A DNA stretch of 64,000 nt from assembly GCA_965213925.1 (NCBI GenBank), contig OZ243927.1, forward strand, positions 3,136,001-3,200,000, read 5' to 3'. The first letter of the stretch is position 1. Every line of letters begins with the position of its first letter. Below, in pieces: positions 1 through 11,093 of the stretch. Made by a program: the position numbers and the translations under genes. The notes under the pieces are model-generated. The model did no database searches and was not told the origin of the DNA. It saw only the letters and a list, made by a program, of their open reading frames with translations. The DNA is from Trueperaceae bacterium (GTDB lineage Bacteria > Deinococcota > Deinococci > Deinococcales > Trueperaceae).

Positions 1-212
1 CCCCAGATAGGCGAGGCGATCATCATCGTGAGGGCTTGCGCGCTAAAGACCAAGCCGACCCACAGCTCCAGACTTCCTACGCCGCTCGCTACACCGAGTT
101 CCTCAATGTAGGTGGGCAAAAAGGGAAAGAACATCGAAAACCCAACCGCGGAGAGCAGTTGGGCGACGAACATGATAAAGAGGGTGCGCTGCCAAGTCAC
201 ATGCTCGAGCAT
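1..212 (-). CDS. MFS transporter, MdtG/DHA1-like, 5' part only (runs off the window edge)
   Basis: Manual minus-strand translation from ATG at 212: [41 protein letters not shown]...[21 protein letters not shown], typical of DHA1 TM1-TM2. Not in the ORF track. Confidence 0.75.
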   Translation of the reverse strand, partial: MLEHVTWQRTLFIMFVAQLLSAVGFSMFFPFLPTYIEELGVASGVGSLELWVGLVFSAQALTMMIASPIW

Positions 213-366
213 ACACCCGTTAATCTCACATAATGTTGCTCTGACGGACTCAAAGAGGTGAAAGAGAAAAGTTAAAAGGACTGAGTATTTCTCTTTCACC
301 TCAGTCCTTTTCTCTCAACTACGCTTTCTCTTCAAATCGGTTAGAATTACGGCGCGAACTCCCGCG

Positions 367-1398
367 TTATTGCTGCGCCTCCGCTCTTGCGCTCTCCAAC
401 CACCCGTCGATCTCTTCTTGGTGGTTGCTGATCCACTCGTCCACCATCGCCGCGACCTCTTCGGCGCTGTCTTCGCCCTCATTGATGCGGGCGGTCATCT
501 CGGAAACGTCCTCGAGTGGCATTTTAACTTGGCTAAAGAGCGAGGCCGCCGCTGGGTTCTCGTCTAAAAAGGTTTGGTTCGCCGCCACGCGGATGTCGTT
601 CGCAGGGAAACCCATCTTTAAGGGGTCGGAAACCGCGCCTTCGACGCTGCTCACCGTCATCGAATCGACCAGGTCCTCTTGCTCGGGCGTCGGGGCGATT
701 TCGGGGACGTTGATCCAGACCACATCTTCGCCCGGCACAAGGTCAAACACTGTGAAGTTCGGCGTCCAGGTGTAGTAGAGCACGGGTTGACCGTTGTTAT
801 AGCGGGCTAAAACATCCGCAAACATCGCGTTGTAGCTCGAGTCGAGCACGTTGATGTCGTCTTGCAGGCCGTACTGCTCTAACTGATAGTCGATCGCTTC
901 GGCGATCGCCCAGCCCGACTCCGCGCCGACTAAGTCCGCTTGACCGTCGCCGTTCGAGTCGAAAGCTTGCTTGACCTCGTCGCGGGAGAAGTCTGCTAAA
1001 GAGGTGATGTTGTACTCCTCCGCTGAGGCTCTATCGACCAAATAGCCCTGAAGCGCACCGCGCTCCACGACGGTTCCTGCGAACGCCGCCCGCTCCTCGA
1101 AGTTAGCAGGGAGCTGGTTCGACTGGTTGGGCATCCAGGAGTGCGCCCAGTAGTCCACGTCGCCGTTGACGAGAGACTGATAGAAGATCGGGTTCGCGAG
1201 CGTGCTCGGGTCCTCGACCTCGTAGCCTAAGTCTTCTAAGAGCGTGATAAACAGTTGAGCAATCGGGCGGGCGGATTCCCAGTTGGCGATGGCGGGGGTG
1301 ACGGTGGTGCCTTCACCGGGCATGGATGTGTCCTGCGCTTGGGCGTAGATACCCGTAAAGAGAACACAAGACAGCAAAATCGTAAGTAGTTTTTTCAT
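367..1398 (-). CDS. proX: Glycine betaine/proline ABC transporter substrate-binding protein
   Basis: Signal peptide; OpuAC/ProX-type motifs (HSWMP, FDSNGDGQADLVG, YYTWTP); last gene of a proVWX-ordered operon. Confidence 0.85.
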   Translation of the reverse strand: MKKLLTILLSCVLFTGIYAQAQDTSMPGEGTTVTPAIANWESARPIAQLFITLLEDLGYEVEDPSTLANPIFYQSLVNGDVDYWAHSWMPNQSNQLPANFEERAAFAGTVVERGALQGYLVDRASAEEYNITSLADFSRDEVKQAFDSNGDGQADLVGAESGWAIAEAIDYQLEQYGLQDDINVLDSSYNAMFADVLARYNNGQPVLYYTWTPNFTVFDLVPGEDVVWINVPEIAPTPEQEDLVDSMTVSSVEGAVSDPLKMGFPANDIRVAANQTFLDENPAAASLFSQVKMPLEDVSEMTARINEGEDSAEEVAAMVDEWISNHQEEIDGWLESARAEAQQ

Positions 1399-1503
1399 AA
1401 AAGACCTCCTTTGGTCATGGATACAACTTTAGGTACAGCTCGAGGATAACGAGGCTGACCTCTTTCAAACGTTCCCTTGCACACGAACTAACCTTAATTA
1501 AGG

Positions 1504-2370
1504 TCAGTTGACCTTCTGGCGCGTCGGCTCCCCGAGGGCTTGTGTGATGCGGTCTAAGACCATTGCTAGCAGCACGATACCGATGCCGCCGATGCCTGCC
1601 AAACCGACCCGGAGTGCGTTGAGACCCTCAAACACAGGCTGCCCTAAGCCGCCCGCGCCGATAAACGCCGCAATCACGACCATCGAGAGCGAGAGCATGA
1701 TGGTTTGGTTCAAACCCGCCATGATGGTCGGCATGGCGAGAGGGACTTGCACCTTCCAGAGAATCTGACTCGGCGTCGAGCCGAACGCCTCCGCCGCTTC
1801 GATGGCGTCCTCTTGCACCTGGCGGATGCCCAAATTCGTAAGGCGAATCATCGGCGGCATGGCGAAGATGACTGTAGCGATAATGCCCGGCACCGTGCCG
1901 ATGGAGAAGAGCATCACCACGGGGATGAGGTAGACGAACGAGGGCGTGGTCTGCGCGACGTCCAACACGGGTCGTAAGAGCGCGGCGAAGCGTTCGCTCC
2001 GAGAAGCTAAAATCCCTAGCGGCACGCCGATAATCACGCAGAAAAGGACGGAGCTGACCACCATCGCTAGCGTCGTCATCGCTTCGGACCAGAGCCCTAA
2101 AAAGCCGATGAAGACGAGCGCGACGGTGCTAAAGAGCGCTAAGCGCCACGTCGCGACGTACCAGGCGAGCGCGGCGAAAAGCACAATCGTGACGAGCGGC
2201 GAGAGCCACTGGAGCGCCCCGTTGATGCCGTCTAACATCAAGTCTACGGGCGTGCGCAGCGCCAAGAAGAAGTTCCGGTAGCCCTGAAGCCAGTTGACGA
2301 AGGCGTCGATCCAATCCTCTAAAGGGATCGTGTAGGCGAAAATCTGGTCGGTGAAGAGCGTCTCCAACAT
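1504..2370 (-). CDS. proW: Glycine betaine/proline ABC transporter permease
   Basis: LDVAQTTPSFVYLIP, RLTNLGIRQV, EAA loop (IEAAEAFG), GLNQTIML. Confidence 0.9.
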   Translation of the reverse strand: MLETLFTDQIFAYTIPLEDWIDAFVNWLQGYRNFFLALRTPVDLMLDGINGALQWLSPLVTIVLFAALAWYVATWRLALFSTVALVFIGFLGLWSEAMTTLAMVVSSVLFCVIIGVPLGILASRSERFAALLRPVLDVAQTTPSFVYLIPVVMLFSIGTVPGIIATVIFAMPPMIRLTNLGIRQVQEDAIEAAEAFGSTPSQILWKVQVPLAMPTIMAGLNQTIMLSLSMVVIAAFIGAGGLGQPVFEGLNALRVGLAGIGGIGIVLLAMVLDRITQALGEPTRQKVN

Positions 2371-3647
2371 CAGCGCACGACCTCTTGTTCGGATTGTTTC
2401 GACGCGGTTTGTTTGGGTTCAGGGTGGACCTCGTCGGGGTCTTGATGACCTCTTTTATCTAAAATCCCCTGAATCAATTCGCGCTCGCTGACGAGTCCTA
2501 AAACCTCGCCGTTGTCGGCTAAAACGACGGTGGGGAGGCTCGAGTGGTTCCTCCCTTGCAAGATGTGGCGCAAGGTCGCGTCGTGCGGACACACGAGCGC
2601 CAGCTCATGGCTGCGCACGCTCGGTGGCTCCTCATCCAAGACCTCTTCCAAACGCCTCGTCTGAACGGTCTGCCCGTTTATCCTCACGCGCTCCAAGCGG
2701 TTGTCGCGGTCGATTCCGTAAAGCACGTCCGAGACGCCTTCATGAGCGTAGAAGTCCACGTCGCCGTCCTCTTGCTTGCTGAGCTTGTTGCTCGACAAGG
2801 GTACCGCCACTGTCCCCGCCGTAATCACACCCGTCGGGTCGGCGTGCTCCACGAAGTCCGCGACGTACTCCGTCTTCGGATTGACGATGATCTCTTCGGG
2901 CGTGCCGACTTGCACCACGCGCCCACCCTCCATAATGGCGATGCGGTGCCCGAGTTTAAGCGCTTCATCCAGGTCGTGCGTGATGAAAAGGACCGTCCGG
3001 TGCAGCTTCTTCTCGATACTGATGAGTTCTTGCTGCATGTTGACCTTGATAAGCGGGTCTAAAGCGCTGAAGGGCTCGTCCATGAGGAGAACAGGAGCGT
3101 CCGTCGCTAACGCTCTTGCCAGTCCGACCCGCTGCTGCATCCCGCCCGACAGCTCATCCGGGTACGAGTCGCCCCACTGCCCGAGCCCAACCATCTCGAG
3201 CGTCTCTTGCGCCGCTTCTAACCTCTTATCTTTCGGACGTCCCTGTACCTCCAGCCCATACGCCGCATTTTCGCGCACGGTGCGGTGCGGAAAGAGCCCG
3301 AAACGCTGAAAGACCATGCTGACCTGCTGCTTGCGAAACTGCCGCAGACCCTTCTCTCCTAAAGAGGTCACGTCCGTCTCGCCCTCGTCGGTCTCCACAA
3401 AGACTTTGCCCGAGGTCGGCTCGATTAAACGGTTGATACAGCGCAGCAGCGTAGATTTACCGCTACCTGACAAGCCCATAATGACGAAGAACTCGCCTGG
3501 CTCGAGCCTGAAACTTACATCGTTGACGCCCACCGTGTGCCCGGTTTCGGCTCGCACGTCATCTTTGGAGCGTCCCTCTTCAAGCATCGAGATGACGCTC
3601 TTAGGGTTCTCCCCGAAGACCTTGTAAAGATTCTCAACTCTTATCAA
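2370..3647 (-). CDS. proV: Glycine betaine/proline ABC transporter ATP-binding protein
   Basis: Walker A GLSGSGKS, LSGGMQQRVGLARAL, DEPFSALDPLI; TTG start; degenerate CBS-like C-terminus. Confidence 0.9.
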   Translation of the reverse strand: MIRVENLYKVFGENPKSVISMLEEGRSKDDVRAETGHTVGVNDVSFRLEPGEFFVIMGLSGSGKSTLLRCINRLIEPTSGKVFVETDEGETDVTSLGEKGLRQFRKQQVSMVFQRFGLFPHRTVRENAAYGLEVQGRPKDKRLEAAQETLEMVGLGQWGDSYPDELSGGMQQRVGLARALATDAPVLLMDEPFSALDPLIKVNMQQELISIEKKLHRTVLFITHDLDEALKLGHRIAIMEGGRVVQVGTPEEIIVNPKTEYVADFVEHADPTGVITAGTVAVPLSSNKLSKQEDGDVDFYAHEGVSDVLYGIDRDNRLERVRINGQTVQTRRLEEVLDEEPPSVRSHELALVCPHDATLRHILQGRNHSSLPTVVLADNGEVLGLVSERELIQGILDKRGHQDPDEVHPEPKQTASKQSEQEVVR

Positions 3648-3874
3648 TCGCCTATCCTTTCACATGACTTAGCTACCCTTAGTCACTCTTGTGAAGATAT
3701 AGAGGCATCACGTTTGGTACATCCTTGTAATGCACCACCCGAAACGCAGTGACCACGCTTTAGGCTTGTGAAATAGGATACCACACCTGGCGTGAGAGGC
3801 AAATTTCGCCCGAACTCAATTTATAGGGGCTCAGGTTGCAGGTTGTAGGGGCTTAGTTTTGAAGAGGTTGAGGC

Positions 3875-5050
3875 TTAGTCTTCTTTGTTTGCGGCTTGCT
3901 TCTTGTGAGCGCTCCAAAACGACCACACAATCGGCGCGAGAGAAATAGAGATGGAGAGGAGCGGCCACAACCAGTCCGGTCCCCAAGCTAACCATGCGGG
4001 TAGAGATACAGGAGCGGCAGGTTTCAGCGAATTCATAGGCGTCGGCGGCACGTCCGAGGTGTAGCGGGCGGCTTTGAGGGGCTCGAGCATAATAGGCACG
4101 ACAATCTCAAACCAAGGCGCGCCCCCACCTACGACAGTCTGGCGAATCTCCGCGTTGACATCAAAGGGGTTGACCGCTTCACCCTGCGCGTTGACCACCC
4201 GGTAGAGCGCACCCGTCGTCACGCCAACGGCTCTCTCACCCAACAACCAGAAAAAATCCTCCTCTGTACCTTTGTTGGGTACATGAGCCAAATCAGTGAG
4301 CACGGGCGTCACGTCTGCACCCGCAATCGCTCGAGCTTCGGCAGCGCTCACGGTGAGCGGGTAGTTTAGAGGACGCTTAAAAAAGCGCCGCGCCAGCTCT
4401 TCGCGCTCGGCATCGCGACGCTTAGCCGTCTCAACCCGGAAGTAGCCCACGAATTCGTTCTCGTAAAAGGTGGGCAAGAGGTAGTAGTCGCCGTAGTCTT
4501 TCTCAAAATTCACCGAAAGCATGAGCGTCTTAACCCACATCTCGAAGAGCGCTTCGGCTGAACCGTCTCGGTATCTGTCTCTTATGTTTTGCTCACGCGC
4601 TCTGTACTCCTCGGCTGAAAGGGTGTCACGCTCTTTCTCGAGGCGCTCTAGCTCATACTCAAAGGCGCGTAGAGTTTGCTCGGTCTGCACACGGCTGTTC
4701 GCCTCGACGATAGGGATAACTTGTGCGCGGGCGGCTTCGTCAAGCTGGACCGGCGGACGTACCAAAAGAGGCTCTTTGAAGGTTATCGCCTTTGCACCCC
4801 TTTCGAGTCGCTCTTCCCAAGGATTGCGGTTAAGCAAAAGGCGCAGCGCAGTCATCCAATCTGAGGTGTCGCTTCTGATAACTATGAACGTCGTCTTCTT
4901 CATCGCCTCATCGTTTGAAGCGTAAGCCAAGACCTCTTGTGGCGTGAAGTCATGCGCAGGTGTCTCGAGTTGACTGGCGAAAGCGAACCCGCACGTCACA
5001 GCGAGAACGATTTGGAGATGCTTAGCAAGTGGGTAGAGAGCGCGAGGCAT
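3875..5050 (-). CDS. Hypothetical exported protein with C-terminal membrane anchor
   Basis: 391-aa ORF with an N-terminal hydrophobic signal-like segment, a Pro-rich linker, and a C-terminal TM helix followed by a basic tail; no family recognised. Confidence 0.6.
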   Translation of the reverse strand: MPRALYPLAKHLQIVLAVTCGFAFASQLETPAHDFTPQEVLAYASNDEAMKKTTFIVIRSDTSDWMTALRLLLNRNPWEERLERGAKAITFKEPLLVRPPVQLDEAARAQVIPIVEANSRVQTEQTLRAFEYELERLEKERDTLSAEEYRAREQNIRDRYRDGSAEALFEMWVKTLMLSVNFEKDYGDYYLLPTFYENEFVGYFRVETAKRRDAEREELARRFFKRPLNYPLTVSAAEARAIAGADVTPVLTDLAHVPNKGTEEDFFWLLGERAVGVTTGALYRVVNAQGEAVNPFDVNAEIRQTVVGGGAPWFEIVVPIMLEPLKAARYTSDVPPTPMNSLKPAAPVSLPAWLAWGPDWLWPLLSISISLAPIVWSFWSAHKKQAANKED

Positions 5051-5249
5051 ATAGAATCAAGGTAGTACGGTCTATCCGGTCAAGAGGTGAAGAAATGCGC
5101 CCTCAAACTGAGGATGAACCTTTCTTTAGCAGGTATCATCTGGTCAGAGACACTCTCACTTTGCAAAACAATGTCTAGCACGCACTTTGAGGGATGATAC
5201 CTGCGCTCAACTGTCTCAGTATATTTTGGAACTGCTACTTTAAGAGGTC

Positions 5250-5341
5250 AAAATTTACCCCCGCTGGGAAAGCGAGGGTGGGAGAGAGGAGTGAGCAGCA
5301 CCAGTAAGAGGTTGTGATGCGCTATGCTCGGCGCTGCTCGA
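5250..5341 (-). ncRNA. Candidate small RNA (5' stem, CU-rich linker, terminator hairpin)
   Basis: Minus-strand -10 TATAGT (5352-5347); GAGCAGCGCC/GGTGCTGCTC stem; ACTCCTCTCTCCC linker; ACCCTCGCT..AGCGGGGGT hairpin followed by AAATTTT; no ORF. Confidence 0.4.
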
Positions 5342-5434
5342 AACTCACTATAGGCTCCGACCTCTTACAAGATTCTGACGGGCCTAGGTCTTCGTAACTC
5401 GAGGCTGACGACGCCACTTTCACGAAGCCGTTCT

Positions 5435-6064
5435 TCACGCCTCATAACACCCCTCCAGCCACGCCTCCGCCGTTCGCTGCGCCTCACGTGAATAGAGCTG
5501 CTCGGTATCTAATGACACGGGTTGGATGCTGTACCTGTCGGCCAGCCCCTTGAGCGTAAAGCCGCGCCGCGCCCCAACCGGGTGGGCGCGGTTGCCGTAA
5601 ATCGCTACGACACGCACCTCTAAATGCTGCTCCGTCACCTCGGTGAGCCACGTGTCGTGTCCGGCAGACGAGGTGAGCAGCTCCAGCATCGTCTCAAACG
5701 TCCCGAGCTGAAAAAACTCACCCGGTTGCAGCGGTCCTTGCCGCAAGATGTCCTCGATCTCTTTAGGCGTGCTCTCTTGCAGCGAAGTTCGGTTGTAGTC
5801 CGTAATCATCACCGTGTGCTCGCGCTCGTCGATCTGGGCGGCGACGCTCACGCATTGGATGTGGATCGGCTCGCTGCTCAGGTTGATGAGCAAGCAGCGG
5901 GCGTCTTTGCGGCTCCCCTGCGTCTGATGGATAATCAGCCGGGGACGCCGCTGCCGCTTATAATCCTGGTAGATAATTTGCAGATAGATTGCCCATACTA
6001 AGAGCGTCGCTAGTGAGGCGAACGCCGAAATGACGCTGCTATTTTGTTGAAACCAGTCCCACAC
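5435..6064 (-). CDS. Hypothetical protein with a single N-terminal TM helix
   Basis: 209-aa ORF; hydrophobic N-terminus followed by the basic segment KRQRRPR. Confidence 0.6.
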   Translation of the reverse strand: MWDWFQQNSSVISAFASLATLLVWAIYLQIIYQDYKRQRRPRLIIHQTQGSRKDARCLLINLSSEPIHIQCVSVAAQIDEREHTVMITDYNRTSLQESTPKEIEDILRQGPLQPGEFFQLGTFETMLELLTSSAGHDTWLTEVTEQHLEVRVVAIYGNRAHPVGARRGFTLKGLADRYSIQPVSLDTEQLYSREAQRTAEAWLEGCYEA

Positions 6065-6125
6065 CGCTGCCCCCCTTCATGATGGTGTGACGTTACGCGC
6101 AGGAGCAAACGGGTCGCAACGGAAA

Positions 6126-7367
<1,242 letters not shown>

Positions 7368-7470
7368 TTATGTGTCTCGAGTTTGAAGCCTATTTCGGGC
7401 TGCACTGCTTAATGTCTCACTCTAACAAAGTGTCACCCGCATAAACTCAGGTCAACCCAACCCTTTCTCC

Positions 7471-7659
7471 GAGGTTGTGCTAAAAGTCGGTTGCGCGGAA
7501 ATGGGATAAGTTGATCGCACCGTCACGTCATCTTGAATGAATGCGAAGAATCTCTGACTGCCTCTACAGCCAGAGATTCTTCACTCCGCTAGCGCTTCGT
7601 TCAGAAGGATTCAGAAGGATAGCGCCGCGCTAAGCTCAACCGACTTTCCGGGGCACCTC
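7471..7659. repeat. MITE-like element containing a REP-like stem-loop
   Basis: Inverted AAAGTCGGTTG (7483-7493) / CAACCGACTTT (7637-7647), extending imperfectly to GAGG../..CCTC; internal GAAGAATCTCTG/CAGAGATTCTTC stem; 10-bp tandem duplication TCAGAAGGAT at 7601-7620. Confidence 0.55.
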
Positions 7660-7759
7660 TGTTTTTCCTGACTGCTGAACGGCTGACTCGCTGAGCACTC
7701 CTCTTCACCATCCACCCCTCTTCACAAGTCCCCCTCTCGAAATGGGATAGCATCAAGCT

Positions 7760-9838
7760 ATGTCGACGCGCCGCACGGAGCCTAAAGTCACCAACACGCG
7801 CTCCGAGCGCGTGCGGCGGCTTTTCCGGCGGCTCCCTTCGTCAGAAACGCTGTCGCTCATCTTGAGCGCGGTGCTCATCGGCATCTTGACGGGCTTTTCG
7901 GCGGTAGCGTTCGACCGGCTTGTACACACTATGGGGACGTTCGCGCACTACACGCGGGTCAACTTGGGCGTCATCGGTGGACCGCTAGCGACGGTGCTGA
8001 TTCCGCTTTTGGGTGGACTTTTGGTGACGCCTATCGTCGTGCGGCTGTCGCCTGACTCGAGGGGCTCAGGTATCCCCAGCGTGATGCTCGCGGTTTCGAA
8101 CATGGGCGGGCGCGTGGCGGGGCGCATCGCGGTGTGGAAACCGCTCGCGACAACGCTCTCCATCGGTACGGGCGCGTCGCTCGGCACCGAGGGTCCGGTG
8201 GTGCAACTCGGCGCGGCGATCGCGTCGATGGTGAGCGGCATCTTGCGGCTTAACGACGAACGGCGGCAGAGCCTCGTGGCGGTGGCGGCGGCGGGCGGCA
8301 TCGCGGCGACGTTTAACGCGCCGATCGCGGGGGTGCTCTTCGCGTTAGAGGTCATTTTGGGGAAGTTCGGCAACCGCCACTTCGCTTCGGTGGTGATCGG
8401 GGCAGTGATGGCGTCGGCGATCTCGAGAGAACTCCTCGGACCCGACCCCGCCTTTGCCGTACCGCTTTACGAGCTAAATAGCCTTTTAGAGCTGCCTCTT
8501 TACGTCCTTTTGGGCATCGTGTGCGCGGTTGCCGCCGTCGGCTTTATCCGCCTCGTCGTCGGCGGCGAAGACCTCTTTAACCGCCTTAGCATCTCGCCCT
8601 GGCTGCGCCCCGCGACGGGCGGCCTGCTTATCGGGCTCATCGCGCTCGTTTTGCCGCAAGTGTTGGGGCGCGGTTACGACACGACGGGCGCGATCTTGAG
8701 TGGGCACGCCATCTTTGAAGGCGGCGAACTCGTCGGCATCGTGCTGCTGCTTGTGCTAGCGCTCGTCAAGGCGCTCGCCACGAGCGTGTCGCTCGCGTCG
8801 TGGGGCTCGGGCGGCATCTTCGCGCCCGTGCTGCTCATCGGCGCGGCCCTCGGCGGCGCGTTCGGCGAGCTGGCGGCGTACCTCTTCCCGACCATCGTTG
8901 CCCAGCCAGGCGCGTTCGCGCTCGTCGGGATGGGCGCGGTCTTCGCGGGCACGACCCGCTCGCCGATGAGCACCATCGTGATGATTTTCGAGCTTTCGGG
9001 CGGCTACCCACTCATCTTGCCGCTCCTCTTAGCGGCGGTAATGGCGACGCTTATTGCGGACGCGGTGGACCCGGAGTCTATCTATCAAGTCATCCTTTCA
9101 CGTAAGGGACTGAGCTTACTTCGCTCGCGCGAGTCCGACCTCTTGCAAACGGTGAGCGTGCGCGAGTTTATGGAGGAGGATATCCCGACCTTACGCACCG
9201 ACGACACGATCAAGACGTTGCGCGACGCCTTGGCGAGTTCGCACCATCACGGCTTCGTGCTGACCTCACCTGACGACCCGGACCACATCGCAAGCATCGT
9301 GACCTTGTCGGATGTGGAGCGGGCGCGGCGTGAAGGCACCCCACCGCAGTCACCTCTGCGCGCGATCGCCCATAAAACGGTGCACTGCGCCCTGCCGGAC
9401 GAACCCATCAGCGACGTGTTGGAGCGCATGGCGCGGCTCGACATCGGGCGGATGCCCGTGGTTGACCCGCGCGACCGCAGGCGGGCGATAGGCTTCGTGC
9501 GGCAGTCGAATCTGGCGAGGGCGTATTACCAAGCGGTGCAGCGGCACCGGCAGTTAGAAGAGGAGGAAGAAGCGAGGCGGCTGCGCGACCTGACCGGGCA
9601 AGAGATCGTCGAGGTGCGCGTGCGCGCCTCCTGTCCGCTCGTGGGCAAAACCCTCAAAGAGGCGGGGCTCCCCCAAGAGAGCATCGTCGTGGCGATTCGG
9701 CGGCGCGGTAAGACGGTCTTTCCGCACGGCGACACGAAGTTAGAGCCCGGCGACACCGTTGTCGCCAACGTCGCCCCCGGCTTTAGCCCCGAGTTTCGGG
9801 CGCGTTTTACAGTGCCGGGCTCGAGGACCTGGTTCTAG
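7760..9838 (+). CDS. CLC chloride channel/transporter with CBS pair and RCK_C (TrkA-C) domain
   Basis: GSGIP, GTEGP, FNAPIAG, GGIFAP and ESIY motifs; CBS repeats; C-terminal LVGKTLKEAGLP..IVVAIRR..FPHGDTKLEPGD. Confidence 0.9.
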   Translation: MSTRRTEPKVTNTRSERVRRLFRRLPSSETLSLILSAVLIGILTGFSAVAFDRLVHTMGTFAHYTRVNLGVIGGPLATVLIPLLGGLLVTPIVVRLSPDSRGSGIPSVMLAVSNMGGRVAGRIAVWKPLATTLSIGTGASLGTEGPVVQLGAAIASMVSGILRLNDERRQSLVAVAAAGGIAATFNAPIAGVLFALEVILGKFGNRHFASVVIGAVMASAISRELLGPDPAFAVPLYELNSLLELPLYVLLGIVCAVAAVGFIRLVVGGEDLFNRLSISPWLRPATGGLLIGLIALVLPQVLGRGYDTTGAILSGHAIFEGGELVGIVLLLVLALVKALATSVSLASWGSGGIFAPVLLIGAALGGAFGELAAYLFPTIVAQPGAFALVGMGAVFAGTTRSPMSTIVMIFELSGGYPLILPLLLAAVMATLIADAVDPESIYQVILSRKGLSLLRSRESDLLQTVSVREFMEEDIPTLRTDDTIKTLRDALASSHHHGFVLTSPDDPDHIASIVTLSDVERARREGTPPQSPLRAIAHKTVHCALPDEPISDVLERMARLDIGRMPVVDPRDRRRAIGFVRQSNLARAYYQAVQRHRQLEEEEEARRLRDLTGQEIVEVRVRASCPLVGKTLKEAGLPQESIVVAIRRRGKTVFPHGDTKLEPGDTVVANVAPGFSPEFRARFTVPGSRTWF

Positions 9839-9841
9839 GAT

Positions 9842-9893
9842 AGCAATCCAGTCAAGCTGGTTACGCAGTTTCTCGCAGAGAACGAACGGTGAG
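9842..9893 (+). repeat. Short dispersed repeat, copy 1 (inverted partner at 11094-11168)
   Basis: AGCAATCCAGTCAAGCTGGTTACGC...GAACGAACGGTGAG matches the reverse complement of 11094-11168 at both ends. Confidence 0.75.
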
Positions 9894-9898
9894 TTAAA

Positions 9899-9944
9899 AG
9901 CGATGAGCAACGAGTCTAAAGTCTTCCACTCGTTGCTCATCGCT
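9899..9944 (+). terminator. Hairpin downstream of the CLC gene
   Basis: 17-bp perfect stem AGCGATGAGCAACGAGT / ACTCGTTGCTCATCGCT. Confidence 0.55.
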
Positions 9945-10006
9945 CGTTGCTTTCAACTCTGTTTCCCCTTCTAATCCGCTGAGTAAAAGATTAGTCTAAA
10001 CTTAGT

Positions 10007-10393
10007 TTGATGAGCTACTTGATAAGCGCTATACAGGCTAGCCCTGAAGATCAACGCATTCCTAAAGCTGCCGCGCATTTACAGACTCGAGTCTTCTCCC
10101 GGCTGAGCGACGACCATGTGATCGCGCTCGCACTCCTGCCTGCGCTGAGCGACATCTATGCTCAAGCCTACCGGACCGCGCAGGTCGTCCGGGCGGACTA
10201 CGTGACGCAAGACGCGGCATTAGGGGCGCACTTACGGGCGCTCGAGCTGCCCCTCTTAGATGAACTGAGCATGGAGGAATTGGGGTGCCTCATCGAGACC
10301 TGGCGTGAACGAGCTGAAACGCTGCCTCACCCCTTTCGCACGTACGTGGAGACGCTGCTTAGTGCGGCTCGAGACCTCACGAACCGTTCTTAG
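10007..10393 (+). CDS. Hypothetical protein
   Basis: 128-aa ORF with TAAACT just upstream of the start (leaderless pattern); converges on the flavin reductase gene. Confidence 0.5.
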   Translation: MMSYLISAIQASPEDQRIPKAAAHLQTRVFSRLSDDHVIALALLPALSDIYAQAYRTAQVVRADYVTQDAALGAHLRALELPLLDELSMEELGCLIETWRERAETLPHPFRTYVETLLSAARDLTNRS

Positions 10394-11000
10394 CTTTCCA
10401 CTCCTCGTAGCTCTTTCTGTCATCCTCGAATAATTCTCTCGTGCGGGTGTAGAAACTCCCACCCAAACGCCCGATAGCGCGGAGCTTACGCGGATCAATC
10501 TTGCCCTCTTCCAACAGCTGCTCCTGAACGTGGAACGAAACAACCTCACCTAAGACGAGCGTCGAAGTGCCGAGTTCGATAAGCTGGTGCGTGCGGCACT
10601 CCATCGCGACAGGCGCATCTTTGAGACGAGGAACCTTCACAATCTCGCTCGGGCTCGTCTCCAGATTCAACGCTCCCACCTCGCCCTCTTCGGAGGGGAA
10701 CGGAATGGACGTCTCCACCATCGTCTCCGCGAGGGTTTCGTTCACGATATGCACGACGAACTCGCCTTTCGCTCTAATATTCGCCAAGGTGTCCTTGTCC
10801 TCTCCTTCACGGCGCTGACCGACGCCGATACCTAGAATCGGCGGCGTCGCGCCAAACACGTTGAAGTAGCTGAAAGGGGCGGCGTTCAAGACGCCTGCGT
10901 CATCGGCACTCGTCACCCAAGCGATCGGACGCGGCACGACGGCGCTGGTTAAGAGAGCGTAGCGTTCGGCGTTTTCTAAAGTGTCGGCGGGAATATTCAT
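10377..11000 (-). CDS. Flavin reductase family protein (FMN-binding split barrel)
   Basis: VVPRPIAWVTS, NAAPFSYFN, KDTLANI..GEFVV, IGRLGG. Confidence 0.9.
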   Translation of the reverse strand: MNIPADTLENAERYALLTSAVVPRPIAWVTSADDAGVLNAAPFSYFNVFGATPPILGIGVGQRREGEDKDTLANIRAKGEFVVHIVNETLAETMVETSIPFPSEEGEVGALNLETSPSEIVKVPRLKDAPVAMECRTHQLIELGTSTLVLGEVVSFHVQEQLLEEGKIDPRKLRAIGRLGGSFYTRTRELFEDDRKSYEEWKAKNGS

Positions 11001-11093
11001 CCTAAGAGTGTAACGGGGCGAGATAGGGTCCTAAGTGGAGGGAGCGAACAATAGGGAGCAATGAGAAACGAGCAGTGAACCTAAAGGGTCTCA

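Noticed and set aside
255..311. Overlapping alternative hairpins as a riboswitch
   Set aside because: Low-complexity purine/pyrimidine tracts after proX are sufficiently explained as a terminator-like repeat; no aptamer motif.
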